From the IMG/VR virus record IMGVR_UViG_3300045988_092738: a stretch of 42,595 nt of DNA, one strand, 5' to 3'. This DNA comes from a virus. The notes under the pieces are model-generated. The model searched no databases and had not been told where the DNA came from. It saw only the letters and a program-made list of their open reading frames with translations. Position 1 is the stretch's first letter; every line of letters starts with the position of its first letter. Below are positions 13,143 to 20,631 of the stretch, one piece after another. The translations under genes and the position numbers were made by a program.

Positions 13143-13760
13143 CTATTTCATGGCCTGTGCCAGTTTTTTGAGTAGATCCTCCCGCCAGATGTAGCTGGTG
13201 AGAAACTGCATCGTCGCATCGGAAAGCCCCGTTTTCTCCTTCACAGTCTCAATCGCCTCTGCATAGGTCATCGTCTTATCCTCCAGTAAATTCAAAAAGT
13301 TTTCCCACAGTGTGGGGTTGTCCACCATCGGTGCCGGGCACCGCTTTCCCGTCACATCGTAGTGCCGCAGTACATGCGCCCGGTCAATGCCGTAGGTCTG
13401 CATCAGCTGCCGCGCCAGTGCCGCCGCGTTGTACACCGTCTGGTCCATGAAGTAGTAATTGCCCTTACTGTCCTTCCTGGAACACAGTTCCATGCCAATG
13501 CTGTTGGCGTTGCGGCAGGTTGGATGCCGGTAGCTGCTGGCCCCGCAGTGCCAGGCTGTATCCGCATCCTTCACGCTCTGCCCATACCCGTTTTCATCCA
13601 CGAAGTAATGGGCTGATGCGCCCGCTGCATTGCAGCTGAAATAGTCCAGGTTATTCTGCACTGTGTCGCCATTGTTCGCCGTGTAGTGAATCACCAGGAA
13701 CTCGATTGGCTGCGTCCGTCCTTGGGCGAAATTCGCCTCATTCGCCTGTTTAAAGTTCAT
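13143..13760 (-). CDS. Endolysin, N-acetylmuramoyl-L-alanine amidase (Amidase_2/PGRP type)
   Basis: IEFLVIHYTAN...ASAHYFVD...AWHCG...NSIGMELC...VLRHYDVTGKRCP zinc-amidase pattern. Last gene before attP. Confidence 0.9.
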   Translation of the reverse strand: MNFKQANEANFAQGRTQPIEFLVIHYTANNGDTVQNNLDYFSCNAAGASAHYFVDENGYGQSVKDADTAWHCGASSYRHPTCRNANSIGMELCSRKDSKGNYYFMDQTVYNAAALARQLMQTYGIDRAHVLRHYDVTGKRCPAPMVDNPTLWENFLNLLEDKTMTYAEAIETVKEKTGLSDATMQFLTSYIWREDLLKKLAQAMK

Positions 13761-13801
13761 GCGTTATCTCCTTTCTGATTCTTTCCATTGCATTCTTTTT
13801 C

Positions 13802-13810
13802 TGGTATAAT
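13802..13810 (+). promoter_or_regulatory. Extended -10 promoter (TGgTATAAT) for the NUDIX-like ORF
   Basis: Same 9-mer as at 259-267. SD aaggag at 13817-13822. Confidence 0.45.
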
Positions 13811-13831
13811 GAATAGAAGGAGTGACTTAAC

Positions 13832-14314
13832 ATCAAAAGAATCAGCTCATTTTCTATCATCGCAATCCAAGATACCTTTTGCAAATTTCCCAACAGATAT
13901 CTCCTGAAATATGACAAGCGCTGGGATTGCAACCTATTCCCATACTGCCGCAGTACAGATACAGAAGAGGAAAATATTGAAAATATCCGGCAATATCTTT
14001 CCAAATCTTTGAAGGTTCCTGCCGCCAGCATCACACTGGAATACCGTACCAAAAACATTCATCCAAAATACTCTTATAGCGACAAGGTCATGAAAACCTA
14101 TGAGCACAAACTTTACAAAGCCTCTATTTTGGACTTTCCTTCATCGCTTGAGCAGGACCAGTTTCAAATTGATGGCATCCAATATTGTTGGATGTCAATT
14201 GAGCAAATGCGTAATAATCCCACAATTGAAGAGCGCAACGGGGATATCGTAAAATTTGTTGACAGCTATGCTGGATCATCAGCCACCTTGACAAAGGCGG
14301 GCGATTCGGTATAA
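13832..14314 (+). CDS. NUDIX-fold-like protein lacking a canonical Nudix box; putative ATC start (or pseudogene)
   Basis: Frame open from 13826. No ATG/GTG/TTG before TTG 14009, but ATC lies 9 nt after AAGGAG. SFSIIAI..YLLKYDKRWDCNLFPY..ENIENIRQYL..YCWMSIEQM pattern. Confidence 0.45.
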   Translation: MKRISSFSIIAIQDTFCKFPNRYLLKYDKRWDCNLFPYCRSTDTEEENIENIRQYLSKSLKVPAASITLEYRTKNIHPKYSYSDKVMKTYEHKLYKASILDFPSSLEQDQFQIDGIQYCWMSIEQMRNNPTIEERNGDIVKFVDSYAGSSATLTKAGDSV

Positions 14315-14315
14315 T
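14288..14315 (+). promoter_or_regulatory. Promoter TTGACA-16-TATAAT at the 3' end of the NUDIX-like ORF
   Basis: ttgaca 14288-14293, 16-nt spacer, tataat 14310-14315. Confidence 0.55.
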
Positions 14316-14377
14316 AGGAGATAGAAAGGGCGCTGCGACAAGCGGTTGAGCCCATAGTCAAGTAAAGATTTCTGTTA

Positions 14378-14417
14378 AGAAACCGTCACCGGCCAGGGTG
14401 GCGGTTTCTGCCTTTTA
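14378..14417 (+). terminator. Terminator/attenuator hairpin 1 (plus strand)
   Basis: agaaaccgtcacc / ggtggcggtttct 13-bp stem (one G-U), then gccuuuua. Confidence 0.5.
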
Positions 14418-14565
14418 TACGAATCGTCACTGTATATCCGAGGATATGTAGTGTGATTGTAACTGGCATATGCCTCACCCCCTTTCGGGAGTTGTGGCCC
14501 AACCGCCTGCCGTCTGTGCAGCGCCATCCTGATTCTACCGGATACGCCGCCTTTTGTCAATTTCT

Positions 14566-14592
14566 GCCGCCCGTCAGGGCGGCTTTTTATTT
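14566..14592 (+). terminator. Intrinsic terminator 2 (plus strand), abutting the holin stop
   Basis: gccgccc-gtca-gggcggc then tttttattt. The holin TAA (14589..14587) lies inside the T-run. Confidence 0.7.
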
Positions 14593-14844
14593 GCCCTTCG
14601 GCGTCTCGTAGGTGAGTGCCTGCTGGCTGTCTCCCACGCCCTGGGTGGTCGGATCATTCACCACGCCCAAGAGGGCCAGGATAGCAAAGATCGTGCCCAC
14701 AATGGCCGTCAACTGCTCGGACAGTCCAGTGTAGTCCCACTCCACGCCGAACAGCTTCAGAACCTGCGACGCCAACAGAAGCACTGCCGGCACCGCCGTC
14801 AGCCAGAAGGTCTTGTTCTTCAGTCTCACTTTCCAGTTAATCAT
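14587..14844 (-). CDS. Holin (phi LC3 / holin_4-like family)
   Basis: MINWKVRLKNKTFWLTAVPAVLLL...IVGTIFAILALLGVVNDPTTQGVGDS matches this holin family from memory. Two or three TM helices. Confidence 0.8.
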   Translation of the reverse strand: MINWKVRLKNKTFWLTAVPAVLLLASQVLKLFGVEWDYTGLSEQLTAIVGTIFAILALLGVVNDPTTQGVGDSQQALTYETPKGK

Positions 14845-14859
14845 CTATGTACCTCCACT

Positions 14860-15198
14860 TCAAAATCCAATCTGCGACAGAAGCGCACCGAATGCTGCAG
14901 CTACAACAGCCAGTATAAGCTTGTCCAAAATCATATCCCATCGGCGACCAGGCTTCGCGTCGCTCTCTTCCTGTTTTTTCAGCAGCTTGGCGATATTATC
15001 CCCCATATTGGACAGTTTTTCATCCAGCTGGGCGTCCCGCGCGATCTGCTCACGCTGCCAATCGTAGAAAGAACTGTGAAACCGCTTGGAATCAGTTTTC
15101 CAGTCCTCCAACGCCTTGATCCGTCCCTCCAACTCTGCGGCAGCGGCTTTCCCAATGCAATCCCGCTCCGGGTCCATCACACACTTTTCTGTTGGCAT
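14860..15198 (-). CDS. XhlA-like lysis-associated membrane protein
   Basis: Start MPTEKCVMDPERDC overlaps the upstream stop. Coiled-coil then C-terminal TM ILDKLILAVVAAAFGALL. Sits immediately before the holin, as in PBSX xhlA-xhlB-xlyA. Confidence 0.55.
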   Translation of the reverse strand: MPTEKCVMDPERDCIGKAAAAELEGRIKALEDWKTDSKRFHSSFYDWQREQIARDAQLDEKLSNMGDNIAKLLKKQEESDAKPGRRWDMILDKLILAVVAAAFGALLSQIGF

Positions 15199-16241
15199 CA
15201 CATCGCCTCCATCACTCTCTGGAGCACCACGCAAAATTCCTCCCGCGTGATGGGGGCTTTCGGGTCGAAATTCTCACCCTTTCCCTGCATGAAGCCTCTG
15301 GAAACGCAGTAGGCAACCGCGTCTTTTGCCCAGGTAGAAATCCTGTCTTTATCTGCAAACTCCATCTTTCTCACCTCAACATATTTCTCAATGTCAATTT
15401 CCTCCGGCTCCGGCAGCACCACTAAGCCAAATCCGCTTTGACTGTCCTTCCCCGCTTTGCCAATGTCCTGGCAGTGGTCTTTGAAGAACCGCACCATCGC
15501 CGCTCTTGAAAGGGCTTGTCCGGTTCTGTCCAAAAAGAAGTCGTCCACCAGACACGCCATCCCGCACAGCCACGGCGCAGCAAAGGAAGTGCCTGCCAGG
15601 ATATCTGCATGGTCAGAGGGATCCCCGGCCGCGATGTTGATGCCCGGATTGCCCGGCGCGGCGAAATCGACGAGCTCCGTCTGACTGGTATACCCTGCCG
15701 GATACACCCGTGGCCCGCCGATGACTTTGGACGAACGCAGTACCTCCGCCGCTCCGACTCCGATGGCGTCTTCCACCTGCAACAGCTTGCTGTAGCCCTC
15801 TGCCCCATCGTTGCCCGCAGCCCAGAACTCCTTCAGCCACGGCCGCGCCGCCAGAACTGCCGCGTGCTTCTCTCTGGCGGTTTTATCATTCTCCACGCGC
15901 GAGAAAAAGACATTTGAGATCCGCTTCCCATCGATGACGGGCACACAGTCTGAAAAGAAGTCCCAGTGCTTCTGCCCACCCGCCAGGCTGGTGTTGGTGG
16001 AGAAGGAGTAGAGGGTTGCCTCCGGGGCCACCTGGAAGAACACGGCGGCGGTCTGCACGGCGTGCTCAGAGGTCCCATCTCCCAGCACGGGGATAATCCT
16101 GCCCCCTGCGCTGTAAACCTCCGTGTTCACCTTCTCCCCGGTGCCAGCCATCACCCGACTGCCGAAATACCCCGCAGCATGGAACTTGTCCACGCCCGTC
16201 ACCCGCCGCAGCCATGCGTTGGAATCCAGTAAAACAATCAT
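15198..16241 (-). CDS. Subtilisin-like serine protease (S8) with C-terminal SLH domain
   Basis: D6 VLLDSN, H60 GTSEHAVQTA, N143 AAGNDG, S218 GTSFAAPW. SLH-like FADKDRISTWAKDAVAYCVSRGFMQGKGENFDPKAPITREEF at aa 294-343. Confidence 0.85.
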   Translation of the reverse strand: MIVLLDSNAWLRRVTGVDKFHAAGYFGSRVMAGTGEKVNTEVYSAGGRIIPVLGDGTSEHAVQTAAVFFQVAPEATLYSFSTNTSLAGGQKHWDFFSDCVPVIDGKRISNVFFSRVENDKTAREKHAAVLAARPWLKEFWAAGNDGAEGYSKLLQVEDAIGVGAAEVLRSSKVIGGPRVYPAGYTSQTELVDFAAPGNPGINIAAGDPSDHADILAGTSFAAPWLCGMACLVDDFFLDRTGQALSRAAMVRFFKDHCQDIGKAGKDSQSGFGLVVLPEPEEIDIEKYVEVRKMEFADKDRISTWAKDAVAYCVSRGFMQGKGENFDPKAPITREEFCVVLQRVMEAM

Positions 16242-16268
16242 ATAAATTACCTCTGATTCCCTAGAATC

Positions 16269-17990
16269 TCACAGTTGGCTGAATTCCTCCGGGCTTGGAG
16301 AATACGCAACTTGAGCATAAGATGTACCATTGTAATACTCCCCTCCCAACAGCCAATACCCACTTCCGTAAGTGATATCATTAATAGCGTCTGTATTTGC
16401 TGTACCAGTCCATACATCTATCGTATTCCAGGTTCCGTTCAGATTGGTCGAATAGGAAATACGGGCTGATTTCGTGCCAGTGCAGTGCCCACCAACCATC
16501 CAGTAACCATCGGCATATGCAATACACTCGACCGAATCTGTGTTTTCTCCAGTCCAAATATCTTTTGTAGTCCAAGTACCATCCAGGCCGGCGGCATAAG
16601 CCATACTCAATCCGTAAGTGCTGCTTTCCTTGCAATATTCCCCGCAAACTGCCCACTGTCCATTGGCATATGTGATGCCATTGATGGCAGCATTGGCCGA
16701 ACCTCTATAGCTGCTTTCCCACACATTCACCTTTGTCCACGAGCCATTCGGGTCAGTCGCATAAGCAATTCTGGCATAGCATTTTTTCGATGTTGCGCTA
16801 TAAACGCCACCGGCCACAAAATATCCATTTGCATAAGCAATACAATTAAGGTTATTCGTATAGTCGCTGTTATCCCATAAATCTTCATTGGACCATGTTC
16901 CTGTAAGACTTGTTGAGTAAGCGACGCTGGCATATCCATCCATCCGTGAACCTGCTACGACCCAGTAACCATTTCCATAACAGATATCGCTTACCGAGGA
17001 GAAGCCGCCAGAAAAGGCAGTTGTGTAATTCCAGGTTCCATCTAAAGAAGTGGAATAATAGACACGGCATCCGCTGCTTCCAGTTTTAAGCGTTACTGCC
17101 CAATACCCATTTGCATAAACGATCCCACCTGGATTACAGTTGCTCCCAGAATACATTGTCTTGACTGTCCATGGTTTTTCTAAATCATTCGTATAGGCAA
17201 TTACAACTTTATAGGAGCCATCATTTTGATATCCCAAAGCCACCCAATATCCATTTGCATAAATAATCTTTTTAATATAAGTATTTCTCGTACCTGAAAA
17301 CAAACTTAATTTAGCCGGTGACAGGGAGGCGGTATAGAACAGTCTCGCCTTTCCCCCGACTCCGACATACGCCTTCTTCACCTTCCGGGCCTTGCCGCCT
17401 ACGCCGATGTATATATTTTTGATCTGCTGGGCCACACTGTTTGCCGTATCAAAGCAGCAGACCTGTCCCCCGGCCGTGAACTGGATGTGCGCATCGCACC
17501 ATTCCTTCGTGGGTTCCTTTCCGCTTCCAAACGCCGCCGTCAGGTCGATGAGCATTGCTCCGTCAAACCACATCGTTCCCGCCTGGTTCTGGTTGTTGTA
17601 GTCAAACCGGATCTGGTACTTTCCAGAGCCGAACGAGCTGCGGTTTGCCACCGTGCTGATTCTGCACCACTGGTTGGCCTTTGGCAGTACCTGTCCGGAC
17701 AGCATCACGGGTTCGGCAATGGGCCAGTAGATGTCCACCGAACCGGACACGGCGGTCTGGTATGCCTCAATGCACACATAATACTTGTGCGACGGCGTCA
17801 GCTGGATGGTCGCCGTGCTGGAGACCGTCGTCTCAAATTCGCCCGTGTTGCCAGTCAACTTCCGGGCATAGCGGCCATATTTGACATGGGCCGAATCCCG
17901 CGCGCCGCCGCTCCAGCCGGTTCCCTCGAAATTGCCGTCCGGGATCAGATTGGTGAGCAGCTTCGCGCCGATATATGCCTTTTTTGCCAT
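16269..17990 (-). CDS. Receptor-binding/tail fibre protein: CBM-like N-domain plus 7 propeller-like repeats
   Basis: NLIPDGNFEGTGW jelly-roll-like start. Duplicated Y(I/V)GVGGKAR motif. Seven ~45-aa repeats I.YANGYW(V).G....AYST.L.GTW. Confidence 0.65.
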   Translation of the reverse strand: MAKKAYIGAKLLTNLIPDGNFEGTGWSGGARDSAHVKYGRYARKLTGNTGEFETTVSSTATIQLTPSHKYYVCIEAYQTAVSGSVDIYWPIAEPVMLSGQVLPKANQWCRISTVANRSSFGSGKYQIRFDYNNQNQAGTMWFDGAMLIDLTAAFGSGKEPTKEWCDAHIQFTAGGQVCCFDTANSVAQQIKNIYIGVGGKARKVKKAYVGVGGKARLFYTASLSPAKLSLFSGTRNTYIKKIIYANGYWVALGYQNDGSYKVVIAYTNDLEKPWTVKTMYSGSNCNPGGIVYANGYWAVTLKTGSSGCRVYYSTSLDGTWNYTTAFSGGFSSVSDICYGNGYWVVAGSRMDGYASVAYSTSLTGTWSNEDLWDNSDYTNNLNCIAYANGYFVAGGVYSATSKKCYARIAYATDPNGSWTKVNVWESSYRGSANAAINGITYANGQWAVCGEYCKESSTYGLSMAYAAGLDGTWTTKDIWTGENTDSVECIAYADGYWMVGGHCTGTKSARISYSTNLNGTWNTIDVWTGTANTDAINDITYGSGYWLLGGEYYNGTSYAQVAYSPSPEEFSQL

Positions 17991-17999
17991 GCCGTCACC

Positions 18000-18746
18000 T
18001 CATTCGTAGACAAAGTACACCGTTCCCGTCGCAAGGCTGCTGGACCCGGCTGTGAGATCTGTCGTGCCGTAGGTATAGGACGGCGCTTTGCCGTTGATCT
18101 GCGTCTGAATGTTAGAAGTCACACCATCCAGATAGCCCAGTTCCGTGCTCGTCACGGCGCTCACCGCCACCTTGCCGCTGCCGTTGGACACCAGCGCCCG
18201 ATTCGCCGTCAGGTTGCTGCTCGTGATCGTGCTGGCCCCACCTGTCACAGTCGCCTGTTTGCCGTTGAGCGCAGTCTGGGTTGCCGTGCTGATGGGCTTA
18301 CTCAGATCCGAGGTGTTGTCCACATTTCCCAACCCAACCTGTGCCTTCGTCACGCCATGCGGGTTAGATTTGTTGTTGATATGGGCCGTCAGATTGGCCT
18401 GCACGCCGCTGGCCGCCCCTGCGGCATCTGCCCCCACATCTGCCGCCGTCAGCGAGATATTCGCGCTCAATGCCTTCCCGTTCACTGTCCGGCTGGTGGG
18501 CACTGCCCCAACTTGCGCCGCTGTTGGAGCCGCGACCGCAGTCGCATTGCCGCCAGAGTTAAAGCCGACAAACTGCCCGGAGGTGCCGGTTAACTTGTCC
18601 TGTTTTTCATTGGCCAGCGCAGCGGCCAACGATGGAAGATTGTCACTGTTGGCCCCTTCCGGCACCGTCACGCCGGTCTGTTGGATCGCTGAAATGGTAT
18701 CCTGCACATTTCCACTGATGCGTTCGATCTCACTTTGGATACTCAT
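18000..18746 (-). CDS. Tail fibre protein (248 aa)
   Basis: Start MSIQSEIERISGN after SD gagggggaagg. GLGNVDNTSDLSKPISTATQTALNGK fibre motif. Confidence 0.7.
   Translation of the reverse strand: MSIQSEIERISGNVQDTISAIQQTGVTVPEGANSDNLPSLAAALANEKQDKLTGTSGQFVGFNSGGNATAVAAPTAAQVGAVPTSRTVNGKALSANISLTAADVGADAAGAASGVQANLTAHINNKSNPHGVTKAQVGLGNVDNTSDLSKPISTATQTALNGKQATVTGGASTITSSNLTANRALVSNGSGKVAVSAVTSTELGYLDGVTSNIQTQINGKAPSYTYGTTDLTAGSSSLATGTVYFVYE
18093..18397. repeat. 305-bp direct repeat, copy A (within fibre gene 18000..18746)
   Basis: 17 mismatches in 305 nt versus 21028-21332 (counted by eye), same orientation. Confidence 0.9.
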
Positions 18747-18757
18747 ACCCTTCCCCC

Positions 18758-19927
18758 TCAAATCGCCGCCAGGGCCTCTTCAATATCGCCGGTCAGACTC
18801 ACACTGCCGCCGGAGGTATAGCCGGCCGGGACTGCATAGGAGGTGGTGGTCAGGCCGTCAATTGTCCCGCTTACTGCGCCATTGTTTTTCATAGCGCCCT
18901 GTACCGTCTCACCTTCCGCATTGACAATGGTCTTTCCGCTCAGTACATCTGCCGCCACCGCCGTCACACCAGACACATCCTGGTATGTATCCGGGATCGC
19001 CGCAACCGTAACCGAGGACAGCAGCTTTCCAGCCGTTGGGGAAATCGTTTGAGAGGATTTGGTGGGTGTTGCGCTCTTGGTTTCAAGCGACACGCTGACA
19101 GTTCCTTCTCCGTTGTGATAACCGGCCGGGATGGTGTACGAGGTTGTAGTGGCATCCAGCGCCTTGCTGGCTGCGCCGTTGTTCGGCATGGCGCCTTCCA
19201 CCAATTTCCCGGCGGCGTAGGCGGTCGCGCCGTCCAAAATCTGCGCCGCTGTCGCCGTGGCGTCGCTGGTATCCACATACTGTGCCGGGATGGCATTGAC
19301 GGTCACAGACGACAGAACTTTCCCCTCCGTTGGGCTTACAGTCTGCTGCGCCGTGGTTGGCGTGACAGTTTTCGTCTCCGGAGAAATGGACACCGTACCG
19401 GTGCCGGCATGATAGCCTTTTGGAATGGTATAGGAGGGTTCCTTTCCCGTCAAAGTTTTGGAAACCGCGCCGTTATTTGCCATTGTACCAGTTGTCACCG
19501 TGCCGTCTGCGGTCACAATGATCTTGCCTGTCAGCACATCGCCTGCAGCTGCCGTTACGCTGGACACATCCTGATACGCCTCCGGGATGGCTCCCACCGT
19601 CACATCCGACAGGCCATAGTAGCCGGAATCCGGCGTGATGGCCTGCTGTTTTTTGGTCGGCGTCACCGTTTTGCTCTGCAGGGTGTAGTTGCCGCCGCCG
19701 GCAACGCCGGACACCGTACCGGCCCCGTTATGATATCCCTTTGGGATGGTATAGGTATCTCCTTCCTGCACCTGGGCGCTGACTGCTCCGCAGTTTACGA
19801 TCCCGTCCACCGCAGTCGCCAGTGCGTCCAGGTTGGAGGTGGACTCCGCCAGACCAAAATCAATCAGCTTGTTTCGGATTGTGTTGCGGTCCGTCTGGAT
19901 TCTCGCAATTTCAGTTGCTACACTCAT
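18758..19927 (-). CDS. Tail fibre protein with four ~100-aa internal repeats
   Basis: YTIPKGYHNGAGTVS / YTIPKGYHAGTGTVS / YTIPAGYHNGEGTVS / YAVPAGYTSGGSVS, each followed by TVTPT..Q.ISP..G.LSSVTV.AIP. Confidence 0.7.
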   Translation of the reverse strand: MSVATEIARIQTDRNTIRNKLIDFGLAESTSNLDALATAVDGIVNCGAVSAQVQEGDTYTIPKGYHNGAGTVSGVAGGGNYTLQSKTVTPTKKQQAITPDSGYYGLSDVTVGAIPEAYQDVSSVTAAAGDVLTGKIIVTADGTVTTGTMANNGAVSKTLTGKEPSYTIPKGYHAGTGTVSISPETKTVTPTTAQQTVSPTEGKVLSSVTVNAIPAQYVDTSDATATAAQILDGATAYAAGKLVEGAMPNNGAASKALDATTTSYTIPAGYHNGEGTVSVSLETKSATPTKSSQTISPTAGKLLSSVTVAAIPDTYQDVSGVTAVAADVLSGKTIVNAEGETVQGAMKNNGAVSGTIDGLTTTSYAVPAGYTSGGSVSLTGDIEEALAAI

Positions 19928-19941
19928 TCGTTTTGCCCCTT

Positions 19942-20565
19942 TCAGATGGTCTCCAGCAGGATTTCAATATTGCCAACTGTGGTATACACCGCCGCCGATG
20001 TGATTGGAAGGGTGTTGTCCTGCTCCGCCTCTTCCGCGGTATCCACCTCCAGCGTGTTGCCGCCAGTTACTTTCAGGCCGTGGCCGATCCGGTAGTTTGT
20101 GCCACCCCCGCCGCCGGTCTCATGGACCTCGTTGATGGCCGCCACCAGGGAGGATTTGTCGGCGGTCGTCAAGTCCTCCAGATTTCCGATCTCAGCCAGC
20201 ACCTTTTGATAGGCATCCGGCGTCGGTGGTGACGGCTCTGCACCGGTTGTCACGCCGGGGCAAATCACGCCCAGACTCGCCCAGATTGTTGGGAGCACAA
20301 TGGCCCCTTCGCGCATCCCATATACGCCTGCCATTAAAGAGAGCTTTGGACATTCCATCACTTCCCACGGGATCTGACATTGGTTTGTCTCGTCCAGGGG
20401 CAGAGAAATCGTGACATTTCCTGCAGAGAAAACGGCGATTCGGGACAGCCCCTCCCAGTCCTCGTTAAACTGGAAGGACACCAGGTAGACATTGACAGAA
20501 CCGCTTGTTACCAGTTCTTTTTCCATGACCTCCAGCCTGTTCTTATTTGCTTTCAGCAGAAACAT
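19942..20565 (-). CDS. Tail fibre-associated protein (207 aa)
   Basis: LTTADKSSLVAAINEVH motif common in Firmicute phage fibres, and its position in the fibre cluster. Confidence 0.5.
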   Translation of the reverse strand: MFLLKANKNRLEVMEKELVTSGSVNVYLVSFQFNEDWEGLSRIAVFSAGNVTISLPLDETNQCQIPWEVMECPKLSLMAGVYGMREGAIVLPTIWASLGVICPGVTTGAEPSPPTPDAYQKVLAEIGNLEDLTTADKSSLVAAINEVHETGGGGGTNYRIGHGLKVTGGNTLEVDTAEEAEQDNTLPITSAAVYTTVGNIEILLETI

Positions 20566-20631
20566 CCTGCATCACCCCGCAATTCCTTTGGCCTGTTGCT
20601 CAGTAAAACAGTATTCACAGCTTTCTTACCT

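Larger units (their letters stand above)
14322..14592 (+). ncRNA. Candidate non-coding RNA (about 95 nt to the first terminator, about 270 nt to the second)
   Basis: Promoter upstream, no ORF with an SD, several hairpins (for example atatcc-ga-ggatat and ggcat/atgcc), and two plus-strand terminators. Confidence 0.4.

Noticed and set aside
13750-14058. 102-aa minus-strand ORF between endolysin and holin
   Set aside because: No SD and an implausible sequence (Ser/Leu/Arg-rich). It is antisense to the better-supported NUDIX-like frame and overlaps the endolysin start.
14490-14545. Possible fluoride (crcB) or ZTP riboswitch (AACCGCC...CUGAUUCUAC, CCGCCUGCC)
   Set aside because: Only short partial matches to remembered consensus strings. 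The required helices and pseudoknot partners could not be placed, and there is no downstream gene. Left as an unclassified RNA candidate pending an Infernal scan.
14554-15312. 252-aa plus-strand ORF across the holin/XhlA/S8 region, and the 276-aa ORF at 4609..5439
   Set aside because: Both are antisense to genes with family-level motifs, and the plus-strand terminator at 14566-14592 points into this ORF's start. Treated as non-coding.
17487-20095. Long plus-strand ORFs (368 aa and 348 aa) antisense to the fibre genes
   Set aside because: Arg/Gly/His-rich mirror frames of repetitive Thr/Ala/Gly-rich fibre genes. No SD or start-codon context.
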